Virus record (IMG/VR): IMGVR_UViG_3300029288_000077
Location: 119,766 to 183,765 of that record
Strand: one strand, 5' to 3'
Source: a virus
Taxonomy: Duplodnaviria; Caudoviricetes
DNA length: 64,000 bases
Shown here: positions 1-11,500 of the stretch, piece after piece
How positions within the stretch are numbered: position 1 is the stretch's first letter
Layout: each line of letters begins with the position of its first letter
Made by a program: the position numbers and the translations under genes
The notes under the pieces: generated by a model
Database searches by the model: none
What the model was told of the DNA's origin: nothing
The model's input: the letters and a program-made list of their open reading frames with translations, nothing else

Positions 1-2
1 AT

Positions 3-86
3 CAACAGGAGAAGTTTGAAGAATATGAAAGACAAAAATCGCGAGAAAGGTCGGTTGATGTGAACGCACAAGAGGTGATAGCATAA
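3..86 (+). CDS. 3' end of an upstream gene (partial)
   Basis: Open frame QQEKFEEYERQKSRERSVDVNAQEVIA* ends at TAA 84-86, abutting the next ATG at 87. Confidence 0.5.
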   Translation, partial: QQEKFEEYERQKSRERSVDVNAQEVIA

Positions 87-1148
87 ATGGCAATGTCTAC
101 GCAGAGGATTGTGTGTCCCGCAATAGTACTGGCGGTTCACCCAGAAGATAGACTTGTGGACGTGAAGTGGGCAGATGCCGAAGGTGGCAGAAAAGGCGTA
201 GTGATGATTAATGACATGGGGTCTTACTCCATGCCAAACATAGGAGACTCTGTTCTGGTGCTTGGTACTGGTGTAGATTATTTTTGTGTAGGTAAAATAG
301 AATACGGATACAAAGCCAAACTTAACGGAAAGCAGCGCGTGCAGGGATCTAGCACGCCTCTGAAGTATAAAAATGTTGGTCCGGGAGAAATCATAATCAA
401 CCACATACGCAAACTGTCATGGCTAAAACTTGCTAATAGCGGCGACTTTTCGCTAATGAATGGATTCATTGAAGGATTTAAATATCTAAGAAGCATAAGA
501 ACAGCCCGCGTATTGGGTCGTACCATAGAACTAGTAGCTAATGGTGTTAAGATTGGGGCAGGTACGGTTATTAGAAATATACCAGGAAAAGGCGAACAGC
601 CGATTACCGGGGAGTCTGGCGGAAAAGCTCTAGAATACTACATACAGATAGCATATAACAGCATACAGTCAGTGCGTTTTCATTTGGGTGAGATTCGTGA
701 TATGACTTTGGGGGTAGTGCCGGAAGTAAGTTCACTTGGTGGTAGAGTAAAAGCACTATTGGAGGTTACACAGGCCGCAGTAAGAATGGGATTCTTGGTT
801 ATTGATGAAGCTGGTAATGTCGAGCTGACATCAAAAGTGGCTACGACTGTGGTAGGTGGGACAGAGGTAAAACTTGGTGGTGTGGCTGCACAGGAGCCAG
901 TAATAAAAGGACAGTCTTATTCTACTGCGGAAATAAATTTTTTGTCGAAGATGACTTCGTTTGTAACTGCGCTGCAGGCTTACATAACTGCTTGTTCTAC
1001 AGAAAAGACAACGGCCCCCACACTGTTAACTGAAACTGCTGCTAGTGCCGTTGCGTTTATGCCACTTATAGCTGAATTTCTGTCTGCTATTTCAGAATTC
1101 AACGGAAAGATAACACCGGCACTGTCTGCTGTAGTAAAAACTACTTGA
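87..1148 (+). CDS. Baseplate spike/hub protein (gpV/gp5-like N-terminal OB region)
   Basis: N-terminal 'AIVLAVHPEDRLVDV...MPNIGDSVLV' resembles gpV-type OB folds; C-terminal 'VKLGG...EPVIKG' is typical of spike proteins; lies upstream of baseplate genes. Confidence 0.6.
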   Translation: MAMSTQRIVCPAIVLAVHPEDRLVDVKWADAEGGRKGVVMINDMGSYSMPNIGDSVLVLGTGVDYFCVGKIEYGYKAKLNGKQRVQGSSTPLKYKNVGPGEIIINHIRKLSWLKLANSGDFSLMNGFIEGFKYLRSIRTARVLGRTIELVANGVKIGAGTVIRNIPGKGEQPITGESGGKALEYYIQIAYNSIQSVRFHLGEIRDMTLGVVPEVSSLGGRVKALLEVTQAAVRMGFLVIDEAGNVELTSKVATTVVGGTEVKLGGVAAQEPVIKGQSYSTAEINFLSKMTSFVTALQAYITACSTEKTTAPTLLTETAASAVAFMPLIAEFLSAISEFNGKITPALSAVVKTT

Positions 1149-2064
1149 TTGCAGACATTTTACTAACTACAAAATTTACTACTTCTGGAGATACTTCCAT
1201 CTTTGTGCCTGCGGCTTGTCTGTGACCGCCACCACCAAATTTATTAGCGATTTCTGATACATCTACATCACTTTTTTCAGTATATAGTGAAACCCTGTTT
1301 TCATCTGCGTTTACTATTATTACATAGTCTATTTCATTGTGACTTTTCAGAAATTTGTGACCGGTTTCTGGTTGATACTGTGTTGCTAATATTACTGAAT
1401 ATCTGTGCCCGTTAGGATCACAAAAAACTGTAATTGGCGAATTCTTTTCTACTGTTCTGGTTATTTGTTCGTTCCTTCTTTCTCTGGTTGCTTCTATAAT
1501 CTCTTTCATTTTCTCTAGATCTGCATTAATGTTGATGTACATGTGTTTTACAAAAGAGTTAAACCCGAGTACCTGCAACAAATCATTTAATCCTTCTCCC
1601 CTAAATCTGTGATGTGACGATAATTTCCACATGTCATAGGCATCAATTGCCTTTGAAAATATGTATTTGCTGTCTGACTCATTTATTTTTGCGTCATCGT
1701 TCTGAATTTTCATGCAAAAATTGTAAACAAGGGATGTTGCACACCTATTTGGATTAAAAGACGACCCAAAATCATACTTTGAAAGCCACTTCTTTGTTTT
1801 GTGGTGATCTATAATCAATACCTGGTTTTTGTATTTGTGTGCATTTATTTGATCGCATACTTCAATAGATGGGCAAATGTCGGTAATCATAAGCAGAGTA
1901 GAATCGTCTAACTGCTCCAGGGCCTGCAATACATGCTTGTCTATCTTTTCGTATCCACACTGTTGGTATCTTGTTACGTTAAAAAATAATTTCAGCAATA
2001 TCAAACACCCGGCACCGTCTAAATCTGAGTGTGTTATTGCTATTACTTGTTTTTCGTTGTCCAT
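1141..2064 (-). CDS. DHH/DHHA1 family phosphoesterase
   Basis: Motifs THSDLDG, ITD, IIDHH and GGGGHRQAAG; start set at ATG 2064, just after a GGAGGA SD. Confidence 0.9.
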   Translation of the reverse strand: MDNEKQVIAITHSDLDGAGCLILLKLFFNVTRYQQCGYEKIDKHVLQALEQLDDSTLLMITDICPSIEVCDQINAHKYKNQVLIIDHHKTKKWLSKYDFGSSFNPNRCATSLVYNFCMKIQNDDAKINESDSKYIFSKAIDAYDMWKLSSHHRFRGEGLNDLLQVLGFNSFVKHMYININADLEKMKEIIEATRERRNEQITRTVEKNSPITVFCDPNGHRYSVILATQYQPETGHKFLKSHNEIDYVIIVNADENRVSLYTEKSDVDVSEIANKFGGGGHRQAAGTKMEVSPEVVNFVVSKMSAIK

Positions 2065-2164
2065 GTGTTCCTCCATTACCTTGCCAGAAGTGGTACCGTA
2101 TAGGACACGGTAGTCAACACAAGAATTTATTTTGGAGAGCGGCATGATTGTAAAATGGTATGCA

Positions 2165-2629
2165 ATGGCTTTTGCTGACATAGAGAATAAGGAGTGTTTG
2201 TGTGCGTGGTTGGCTGGATTGGGTGAACCACCAAAGCAGCAGCTAAAAACCTTGATTCAGGTTGCAAATGGGCTTATTCAAACGGCTAAGGCTGTATACA
2301 TACTCATAAACACTGATTTTGAAGATCTGTTGAAAAAAGAGGCTTTAGAGAAGTTACTTGAAGTATATAAATTAGCCACAAAACCGCTAGAGATGCCGTT
2401 AAATTATTTGTCGGCGGTGACTGCCCCTGCGGCTGATTGTCCACCAGTAGCACAAATTGCCGCCACTATGTATGATCTGAAAAATACTTTATTGGCACCA
2501 GTAAAAGATTTGGAAGAAGAAATAGAAGCATATATTAGTTCCATAGAACAGTCACAGGCGAATTCTGAGTTTTTAGATATGTTGTCTAGTGTATTGGATG
2601 ACATAAGCCAAGCTATAAATGAGTGTTGA
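2165..2629 (+). CDS. Hypothetical helical protein in the virion module
   Basis: ORF overlaps the next gene; start at ATG 2165 (MAFAD) inferred. Confidence 0.6.
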   Translation: MAFADIENKECLCAWLAGLGEPPKQQLKTLIQVANGLIQTAKAVYILINTDFEDLLKKEALEKLLEVYKLATKPLEMPLNYLSAVTAPAADCPPVAQIAATMYDLKNTLLAPVKDLEEEIEAYISSIEQSQANSEFLDMLSSVLDDISQAINEC

Positions 2630-3362
2630 CATGGTAGATTATCAATCTGACCTAAAAGTGATACTTCCGGATGGCACTCGCTTCAGAAGTTCCATAGCCC
2701 TATCCCCCTCTGGTGACATACAACTTGTTACTGGCAGGGAAAAACTGATATCACAGCTCGTGTTTGCTATACTGAATGAAAATACGTTTCCTGAAGGGGT
2801 TGCAAATTCTAAGTCTAATGCACTAGGTGATTTGAAAACCGCACTGAATGTTATATTGAGAAGATTCAAGCAAAACCAAATAGCGTATGTGCAACAGTAC
2901 GCTGATTCTGATTTTTTGGGTTTTGGTATTTACAGAAAAGAGGCTGGCGCTGATACAGATTATGCTAGAATTTCTAACCAAGCAGTAACTTGGAATTTTG
3001 AAGACACAGATGTATACAACGAAAAGGAGTATTTATACGGAATCTCCAAATTATATAAAGGTATGCTAGAATCCAAGTATGTTGATGTATTTAGAATTGC
3101 TCCTACCTCTAACACTGAAAATGTTACTGTGTTGTCTGGTAGATATGCTGCCATTGTAAACGGCAATAAATCTGTGTCCATCTATGTTGACTACAATAAG
3201 ACATTTAAAGCGTCAGAACTATTGCAAAACATAATCAGAATACAGGCCACTTTAGTAAAGACAGACCCCAGAAGGGTGTTAATTGATTTGGTAATAGAGA
3301 ATTACTTAGGTGAGCAAGTGTCGCTGTCTTCATATGGCGCTGCTAATGCGTACGGTGCATAA
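2619..3362 (+). CDS. Baseplate wedge protein, gp25/GPW-like with an insertion
   Basis: 'GDIQLVTGREKLISQL' N-terminus and 'DPRRVLIDLVI' C-terminus are typical of gp25-like proteins; directly precedes baseplate J. Confidence 0.55.
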   Translation: MSVDMVDYQSDLKVILPDGTRFRSSIALSPSGDIQLVTGREKLISQLVFAILNENTFPEGVANSKSNALGDLKTALNVILRRFKQNQIAYVQQYADSDFLGFGIYRKEAGADTDYARISNQAVTWNFEDTDVYNEKEYLYGISKLYKGMLESKYVDVFRIAPTSNTENVTVLSGRYAAIVNGNKSVSIYVDYNKTFKASELLQNIIRIQATLVKTDPRRVLIDLVIENYLGEQVSLSSYGAANAYGA

Positions 3363-3365
3363 ATA

Positions 3366-4784
3366 ATGGCTGCTATAAAATCAATACAAACTATGTTCGC
3401 AGAATTGAAGACCTATTTAAGAGCCAGATCTAAGTATTTAGATTTGAGCGACAACAGCCTATTGAATGAGCTAATATTGAAGTCTTTTTCTGTCGGTGGA
3501 AAACTTATTATGGATCAAGTAAACAAATTCAAAAATTTGCACATACTGTCCTTGACTACCGGATCTGATTTAGAAGACGAAGCTGGCAATTATTTATTGG
3601 AAAAGTTAAGCGGCAACTATGCAAAAGTGATACTGACATTATGGACCAACACCAAGCCCACGAGCAATGTAGTAATACCGATAAGTACTCAGGCAAAAAC
3701 CAGTGGCACAGCGTTTGTATCACCAGTAACCTTTTCAACACTTAGCGAATTGAACGTACCTGTTAGTGCTGTAGACTCGTATTTCTCATTCGACAGAAAC
3801 AGGTATGAATTCAACGTGTTGGCGCAGTGTGATAGTATAGGCAGTGTGGGTATTGTTGGTTCGAACCTTGTAAATGAACTCATTACTTCGGTTTCTCAGA
3901 TTGACAGTGTTACAAACCTGCGCGCTTCATACGGGAACAATCTAGATTCAGAGTCGGATTCTGGCTTGCAAGAGAGAATTCGTCTTGCCCGTGTGGGTAG
4001 AAACAAAAACGTGTTGAACGGCATCAAGAAAACGATGAAGGATCTTGGATTTTTTGATGCTAATGTGGTGCGTCCTGGAGACACGTATTCAGAAAAAGCT
4101 ACCGGAATTGACACTTTTGTGGTCGATACCTCCTCTGAAAAAGCTGAAGACGTGTTTGTATATGATCCATCGAATGTAAGATATTATTTTACCCACAGAC
4201 CAATTTTGGAAGTAACTTCTGTAGTGTCCGAAATAAACGGCGCACTGGTAGCATCACAGTACAGTGTTACTATAGACTCAGACTCCCCTGTGAGAAGGAG
4301 CGTTGATGCGTTAGATTATATTGAGTTTTTGCCGCCTGTGTCGTTGGTTCCTGGATCTAGAATTACCGTCGTCTATAACTACGCCTCTGCAATAAAAAAT
4401 GCACAAGATATAATAAATTTAGATAATAGCAAAGTTTTGACCTCTAATGTGTTGGTAAAAAGAGCGTACCCTTTATATCTATATCTGAATGCACAATTGA
4501 CCTTGAAGGCAAATGCAGATGGGCCTACCACAAGAAACAAGTGTAAAAATGCATTAGCTCAGTTTATGTCTACGTACATACTTGGGCAGCCATTGCAAGA
4601 GAGTGATTTGATAGTAACCTTGCAATTGGGGTACGGAGATTATCCAATTGATACTGTAGACGCTGTTAGGATAAGTCAATTCTATTTACAAGATGAATAT
4701 GGCAATAACTACCCATCAGTAAATGGTGTAATATCTTTGAACAAAAAGCAGCATGCAGTATACGGGTCTACTTCTATAGTGTAG
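3366..4784 (+). CDS. Baseplate J-like protein
   Basis: 'TGSDLED', 'CDSIGSVG' and 'VTN...G...DSESDSGLQERI' motifs of the Baseplate_J family. Confidence 0.85.
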   Translation: MAAIKSIQTMFAELKTYLRARSKYLDLSDNSLLNELILKSFSVGGKLIMDQVNKFKNLHILSLTTGSDLEDEAGNYLLEKLSGNYAKVILTLWTNTKPTSNVVIPISTQAKTSGTAFVSPVTFSTLSELNVPVSAVDSYFSFDRNRYEFNVLAQCDSIGSVGIVGSNLVNELITSVSQIDSVTNLRASYGNNLDSESDSGLQERIRLARVGRNKNVLNGIKKTMKDLGFFDANVVRPGDTYSEKATGIDTFVVDTSSEKAEDVFVYDPSNVRYYFTHRPILEVTSVVSEINGALVASQYSVTIDSDSPVRRSVDALDYIEFLPPVSLVPGSRITVVYNYASAIKNAQDIINLDNSKVLTSNVLVKRAYPLYLYLNAQLTLKANADGPTTRNKCKNALAQFMSTYILGQPLQESDLIVTLQLGYGDYPIDTVDAVRISQFYLQDEYGNNYPSVNGVISLNKKQHAVYGSTSIV

Positions 4785-4790
4785 GTATAT

Positions 4791-5384
4791 ATGAATATCT
4801 GGTGGTGCTCACCTAACGGAAACAACGTCTTTGGCGTTGGAAGCAGGGAAAACCCGTTCCAAACCATCGAAAAAGCCTTGTCTGTGTTTCAAGATGGAGA
4901 TCAGATTAGACTGCTACCAGGAACGTTTACTCCTACAGACAGTGTGTTGATTAGTGGTAAAAGTGGATCTATATTTGCAGATGTACCAAAAGCTAGCTTT
5001 ATACAGCCGCAAAAGACACTCAATCACCGGGCTGGGATAGCTGTAATAGATGCAGAAAGGTTTACTATAGCTGGCATAGTATTGTTACAAGCTTCTGACT
5101 CTAGCGGCAATTTGATGGGTATTTATGTTAATAATATAGAGAAATTTCTGTGTCTAACCTGCGATGTAAAGAATTTCACAGTTCCGTCTGGAGATGCTAT
5201 TGGAATTTTTGCGTCTGGTGGTGGACGAGTAGAAAACTGTACAGTAAGTAACTTGAACGGCGCAGGAAACAAAACTATTGGAATTTGGACTATAGGTATA
5301 GTGCCAATAGATTGTCACACAGAGGAATCTTCCGGTGTGAATTACTTCCGTGGGATGCTGATAGAGGGGTTAAATTATCCTTGA
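4791..5384 (+). CDS. Right-handed parallel beta-helix (pectin-lyase-like) virion protein
   Basis: 'SPNGNN...GSRENPFQTIEKAL...GDQIRLLPGTF' N-cap followed by PbH1-like repeats. Confidence 0.75.
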   Translation: MNIWWCSPNGNNVFGVGSRENPFQTIEKALSVFQDGDQIRLLPGTFTPTDSVLISGKSGSIFADVPKASFIQPQKTLNHRAGIAVIDAERFTIAGIVLLQASDSSGNLMGIYVNNIEKFLCLTCDVKNFTVPSGDAIGIFASGGGRVENCTVSNLNGAGNKTIGIWTIGIVPIDCHTEESSGVNYFRGMLIEGLNYP

Positions 5385-5995
5385 TAACTGCTTCTTTAAT
5401 ACGTGGTAATGGTTATTTGCCAGGAAATGCCTCTGTTGGTGGAGTGGTGTTCTTTAGCTTGACCGATAGCAACCCACAGAACGTGCTGTGGAATCTAGAA
5501 AGTGCACCTAATGGATCTGTGGCCAGACTTTTTAATACGAACGGTGCAACCACCAAGTTGTTGGACATAGATAAATATGGCGTATACTTTGTAAAGGCAA
5601 AATTGTTTGTTGGTACCCCAACAGAAAAAGAGTATTCCTATTCAGTATCGGTACCTCAAACTGTACACAACGTAATCCCCCCGGAACCGGTGTTTGAGGC
5701 AAGTGACCGGGTTAGAAACTTCAATTTTGAATTGCCCGGTGAATTTTTTGGGGAGGCACACTACTGGAATACAGAAGATGACAACGGCATTTTGTTTGGC
5801 GGGGGAGGTGCGACCCGTGGTAGAATTGAGCATCCTATTGGCTACGATAAAGATACTGGATTTATATTTTGTTTGGGGGATGATTTGAATGAGGAGTCTG
5901 TGTTCTACAGAGACACACTATTTTCGATATCGCAAGTTGTAGATTTTAGCAATATTGAAACACTAGAAATAGCATTGAAGTTTAGAAAAGGATAA
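5381..5995 (+). CDS. Virion protein with an Ig/PKD-like and a carbohydrate-binding-like domain
   Basis: 'WNLESAPNGSVARL...DKYGVYFV' Ig-like strand pattern and 'VRNFNFE' CBM-like start; TTG start overlaps the upstream TGA and follows GAGGGG. Confidence 0.5.
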   Translation: MITASLIRGNGYLPGNASVGGVVFFSLTDSNPQNVLWNLESAPNGSVARLFNTNGATTKLLDIDKYGVYFVKAKLFVGTPTEKEYSYSVSVPQTVHNVIPPEPVFEASDRVRNFNFELPGEFFGEAHYWNTEDDNGILFGGGGATRGRIEHPIGYDKDTGFIFCLGDDLNEESVFYRDTLFSISQVVDFSNIETLEIALKFRKG

Positions 5996-5999
5996 TACT

Positions 6000-8129
6000 G
6001 TGTCCACCCTCCCAGCATTTTATGTAGATAACATAAAGGTCATAGAAGACCGTACGTATGTTGTGCGTGGCAATGTCGTATCTAACTGCTATGGATCAGA
6101 TGCAATTGGCATAGAAATAAAGAACTGCAACACAGTTCGAGCAAAAAATAATCGCACTCACAGAATTAGATCTGTGTTGGGTAACAGCATTGGTTTGAAA
6201 ATAGTTGATTGTGAAGACGTAGTGTCAGTATACCATGTATCTTCGCGGTGCAATGCTGGAGTGCATTTAGAAAACATAGAGAAACTATATTTTTATAACT
6301 ATACGTCCCACGATTGTGACATTTGCGGCACACTCGACAACCCATCAGTGGTGTCAACATTAAGAAACATCAGTCTGTCGGTGTACGACAATGTGCCTAT
6401 ATTTAGAAAAGGATCTGGATTTGTGCTGTCATCAGGCAGTGTGCTTGACATTGATTACATGTACCACTACGGTATTGGTGACTTATATGTGGGCGGTTCT
6501 GTTACTGAAGGATCTAGTATAACATTAGACAAACCTATCTATGTTGATGAGGAAAACGACGATCTTACTCCGGACAATTTGTCGGTTTTGAACAATGCGG
6601 GTACGGACAACCCACTCTATGAGGCAAATCCAGACATAGGAGGAATAGAGAGTGAGGTTGTAGACGAACAAACCACAGACCAGGATTATTATTACAAGTT
6701 ACTTGATAACACATTCTGGGACATAGGTAATCAAAGTGCGGTTGAAGTGTCGCTCATCAAAGCATTTCAAAGCAGGATTTTAGCTAATTGCGAGTTGGCT
6801 GTCAGTACAGCTAAAAGAGACTATTTTATTAAAGACGCACAATCTTTGACTGGGTTTTCTGAGATATTTCCGTGTCAGGCATACTATTTCAACAGCTCAA
6901 AATTCAAAAAACGTGTGATGGATCTGTGGTTCAACACCATAAATCCTTCTACGTTGTATTCCATGAATTGTTCAATTGGTGGGTACAACCTGTTTCCATC
7001 ATACTTCAAGAGAACTGAAGATGATATACGTTATTGGCTGCTAGGAAGCTCGGCAGTAAATATTGATAATATGCTTTCTAGTGTAGAAAATCTTAGGTAT
7101 GGTATAACCATAGACGTGCTGGGTTTGTCAACTATGTCTTCGATGGCTTCTGCAGAATGTTACAGCCATTTCAAGGAAACTGTGGCTGATGCCGGTCCGT
7201 TTGTGTGGACTATGCACAATGAACCACAACCCAGTGGCTATTTATTATTTACAGATATGTGGAACGACTTTGAAAGATGTACCCTAAATAAAATGTTCTA
7301 CAACAATGATTTCAACATAAGTCCGGAGTCTGCCGAAGATTGTTCACTTGTTACCCCATTGTTGATTACAGGAGCAAATCCCATTTCTGGATCCGTAACT
7401 CTTGGGCCTGCTCCATCAGGCGGAGGAGATGTAGAGCTTTCTTTGTTAGACCGTATTTGGGGCGAGTCTCTGAACAGACAAGCCCATTACAGACTTGGGG
7501 ATTCAGAACCATCTATGGGTTCGTGGAATGAATTGGACAATGTTATAGGAAAAACGATATCAATCAATAACAGATACATACAATTTCGAATAAACGTGTC
7601 CGACTTGAAAAGAAAAGATGATTATGAATTTATGGGATTGTGTTTACGACCACTACAAAACAGACGTGTGTGGTCAGAACCACAAGAATATACACAAAGT
7701 TACATAGAAATAGTGCCTGGCGAGTGCTGTTTTGATAAGACCAATCCTCCTATTTTAGACGAGGGTGGTATTAGGTTCTCGGATGATGGTGTTCCGCATA
7801 TTTGTGGATGGAGTTATTTTGTGCCGAAAGAAATAAGAGAGAGTGCGTCTGAACTTATTCTGATGATTTCTTCTGCTGGGTTGGGTGATTTGTATATGCA
7901 ATATTCAATAATTACTTTATTGAATACCGGTTTTATGGGTGCATCGTTGGTGTCTAATTTTATACAAAATTTCGATGGTGTTGGCTTCTTCAAAACCGTG
8001 AAAATAAATATGAGTGGCTTGTTTAATAATGCAACTACGCATATTATACTATTGCTAACTCGTGATTCTACGAACATAAACGACACACTCAACGGAAATG
8101 CTACTATGTTGCTTGGGAAAATAGAATAG
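6000..8129 (+). CDS. Baseplate/tail-associated protein with an N-terminal beta-helix
   Basis: Beta-helix repeats and 'PDIGGIE' cap in the N-terminal part; position between baseplate J and the fibre. Confidence 0.6.
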   Translation: MSTLPAFYVDNIKVIEDRTYVVRGNVVSNCYGSDAIGIEIKNCNTVRAKNNRTHRIRSVLGNSIGLKIVDCEDVVSVYHVSSRCNAGVHLENIEKLYFYNYTSHDCDICGTLDNPSVVSTLRNISLSVYDNVPIFRKGSGFVLSSGSVLDIDYMYHYGIGDLYVGGSVTEGSSITLDKPIYVDEENDDLTPDNLSVLNNAGTDNPLYEANPDIGGIESEVVDEQTTDQDYYYKLLDNTFWDIGNQSAVEVSLIKAFQSRILANCELAVSTAKRDYFIKDAQSLTGFSEIFPCQAYYFNSSKFKKRVMDLWFNTINPSTLYSMNCSIGGYNLFPSYFKRTEDDIRYWLLGSSAVNIDNMLSSVENLRYGITIDVLGLSTMSSMASAECYSHFKETVADAGPFVWTMHNEPQPSGYLLFTDMWNDFERCTLNKMFYNNDFNISPESAEDCSLVTPLLITGANPISGSVTLGPAPSGGGDVELSLLDRIWGESLNRQAHYRLGDSEPSMGSWNELDNVIGKTISINNRYIQFRINVSDLKRKDDYEFMGLCLRPLQNRRVWSEPQEYTQSYIEIVPGECCFDKTNPPILDEGGIRFSDDGVPHICGWSYFVPKEIRESASELILMISSAGLGDLYMQYSIITLLNTGFMGASLVSNFIQNFDGVGFFKTVKINMSGLFNNATTHIILLLTRDSTNINDTLNGNATMLLGKIE

Positions 8130-8138
8130 GAATAATGA

Positions 8139-8585
8139 ATGCCCGCGAAATTGGAACTTGTTCCTGGTGCTGCTGGTATGGACGGCACCAACCCCGCCAC
8201 ACAGGATGCACAAGATATAATTTTTGAGGGGGACAACGCAGATCACATATGTGGTTGGGTTAAATATGTATCTCCCGAGTTGAGGCTTCTCATTAGTAAA
8301 ATCCTGCGGTTGGGGTTTGGGTATGATGGTGCAGTTGGTACCGCTAGGTTTGATATTACTGTTGCCACTTTTGATGCGGAAGGTAACTTGACGGGGTTTA
8401 CCGTTGTTCCGTTTTATGTGTCAATTTCGAATGTTCCTAATTACATATTTTGGGGAGTGTTTGATTTAACGAATTACATACATGACAATGATGTGGTGGT
8501 GTTCATACTAATGAACAGAAATTCATCAAACCCAGGTGATACACTTAACGGTGATATACGATTCTTTCACGGGTACGTGGAGTAA
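8139..8585 (+). CDS. Hypothetical virion protein, paralogue of the C-terminal domain of the preceding gene
   Basis: Shares 'E(I/L)VPG...TNP...HICGW...DTLNG' with the last ~145 aa of 6000..8129. Confidence 0.7.
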   Translation: MPAKLELVPGAAGMDGTNPATQDAQDIIFEGDNADHICGWVKYVSPELRLLISKILRLGFGYDGAVGTARFDITVATFDAEGNLTGFTVVPFYVSISNVPNYIFWGVFDLTNYIHDNDVVVFILMNRNSSNPGDTLNGDIRFFHGYVE

Positions 8586-8591
8586 TAAATC

Positions 8592-11500
8592 ATGAAACGT
8601 GCAGAATATTTTAATAAGACCATACCAACCGAAGATCAGCTTAATTATACAGAAGATTCAAAAGTAAGTGCGTTGTTGGAGCGACTGCGTTCTGACTCCC
8701 AGTTGGGCGTGGTAAATGGGTTTATAGTAACAGTAAACCCAGTTGATTCAACATTGATAGATGTTGGTCCGGGTGAAGGGTACACAGGCGGGAAATACCG
8801 TCAATTAGATATAAAGGGTGAATACTCCGGAGAAAGAATATCTACCATCAATGATTCTACTTCTGGAAGTACAAATTTTTACACAGTACAAGGACAGGCA
8901 CTAGCATCTTATGTGGCAGGCATAAAGAACTATGTTTCACTGGTATATGCAGAGGTTGAAGATACAGCACTAGCAGAAATCGACTATCCGTTCACACCGC
9001 ACAATACAATAGTTAGAGACAGCTTTTCTGTATCAGTACTTGCAGAAACTGATTGGAACTTACTATCACTAAATGAAAAACGAAGACGTTTTCTTGTAGC
9101 TATAATAACAGCCAATGGGGCTGGTGTGCCGTTAACAGCTTCTAGTATCCAACAAGTGGTACAACCGAAGAGCCACCCTACGCCCACGCAGCCTTCAAAT
9201 GTGTCTGGTGCCATAATTACATCATTATCACAAGAAACATTAATAGGTGCCGGTACACTAAGATATGAATCAAGTACTAAAAAGTTGTATTGGACAGCAC
9301 CAGGAAGTACAGAAGGAGCAGGTGTTACAGTAACTTCTTCTGGCTCGTTTACTTTATACTCTTTCGATGTAATTTACTGGATCACTGTTGAAGTTACGTA
9401 CGCCTCTCTTCCGGCCGGTGACGAAACAGACTCAATTGACATAATATCATTATATGGTAGTATTATACCGCGTTTTAGTGCAGTTGATTCAGTGCACCGT
9501 GATATGGTTGGTTCTGGTGTGCCCACACTCAGCAACCCACACGGCATGACTATTGATGATTTGCCGGGTGGTGGATTTGACCACGCGGACTTATTTCACA
9601 GAAATGGTATTTCGTATGACTCCGATCCAGCACAGTTAGAATGCATCATAAACCCAGATCCTGGTGTGGATGAAATACTGATTAATAACCTTGGAGGGTT
9701 CGACAACAGTTTCTTGGTAGATGGTCGTGTGTATGAAGTGGTGGAGGGCGTGCCTGCGGGTACGGATGCTGTGCTGTCTTTTGATACTGTACCGTCTCCG
9801 GACAGTGGAGAGTATCTGATTTATTTAGACAGTGCTGGGTCGCTGCATAGTGTCAAAATTGGTGAAGTGTTGTGGGATGCTAATATTTATATTGTTGACA
9901 TGTCCAACAAAACCCCCGGCAACGCTACTATTACGTGGAATGCTATTGGTAATGTACTTACTTATCAAGCCCCCGGTGATGGAGCACCGGGCGCTGCTGT
10001 TAGAATAACTGGATTTGCGTCCCCTACCGATCCTCAGCTTTATAAATTATACTCTAGCGATCTTGATAATTGGGTGATAGTAGAGATGATCGGTTCTGTT
10101 GGGTTAAATAACTCAACCACATTTGATACTGATAAAAACAATACCACCAATGATAATGAAGTAATATTGAAGCTTGCGGTGGTGGGGTGGGATGCAGTAA
10201 CCGAAACCCTGTCAAATGTACGTGATATCAGGAGATTTTTTACCGCAGACATTGGTTTTCAATTTGAGGAAGAACATGATTCTGATGGTTCACACACAAA
10301 AGTGCTGCAAAATACTCTAAGATTGGTGAATACCACTAACCCCACAATACGTGCCATAGCTGAATCTGTAGTAATCTCAGCTTATGCAGATGATTCTACT
10401 GCTGTTTATGGAGCTGCGTATGACAGTTATGGTGTGTATGGTTTGGCGGGGGGATCATACGGAGTATTTGGTAGTGCTGGAGGAGCATACGGAGTATGTG
10501 GAAAAGCTAGTAGTTATGGTGTGTATGGAACCGCTAGCAATTATGGGGTCTACGGCTCAGCAAACGGAAATATACCAATAGGACACGTAATAGGCGTATA
10601 CGGATCTGCAGTTAATGTAGGTGCGCCCAATAGTGCTGTTGGTGCTGTTGGAAATGCCGCTGGTGTCAATGCAACGGGTGTGGCAGGCTACGCTGCCAAT
10701 GGAACAGGTGTTTACGGATCTGGAGATGTTTATGGTATTTACGGTACCGCTGCTGAATACGCTATTAGGGGTGTGGCTGCACAAAGCCACGCTGTGTGGG
10801 CTTCTGCTCCACAATCAGCCATACATGCTCGCGCCGGTCAATACGCGGTATGGGGCAGTGCCAACTCGAACTCTGTTGGTAATATATACGGTGTGTTCGG
10901 GTCTGCTGTAAACGGATTAAACGCACACCTAGCAGTGGGTGTAATTGGACAGGCTGGTGGTGTTGCAGCAACTGGTGTATTTGGAAGTGCAGCACAAGGT
11001 AGGGGTGTGGTTGGCATTGGTGTTGTAGGAGTATACGGGTCAGCAAACACCAATGGAGTATACGGGAAAGCATTAGTTGAACAGGGTGTGTATGGAGAAG
11101 CGGTTACTGCAGGCGTATACGGATTTGCGAGTACCTATGGTGTATATGGAGAATCGGATGATGATTACGGTGTGTACGGTACGGCTTTAGTAAGCTACGG
11201 TGTTTTGGGCAAAGCAGCCACGGTTGGAGTAAAGGGGATAGCATCAACATATGGTGTATACGGGGAAGCAGACACCTACGGTGTCTATGGATTGGGTGGT
11301 GATAGTTATGGTGTGTATGGTCAGGCAGCAACTATTGGGGTTATGGGAAAGGCTACTGGTATTAATTCACGCGGTGTTAGGGGCGTGTGTACTGCCGCTG
11401 GTGGTTATGGCGTAGAAGGGGTAGGAGACTCTGTTGGGGTGTTCGGTGATGGTGATGCCGGTGGGTGGTTTGAAGGAGATACCTTTGGTGTAGTGATAAG

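Noticed and set aside
4791-8129. Frameshifted single beta-helix gene or stop-codon recoding
   Set aside because: Each ORF has a plausible start and SD, and genes across the window are full length in the standard code
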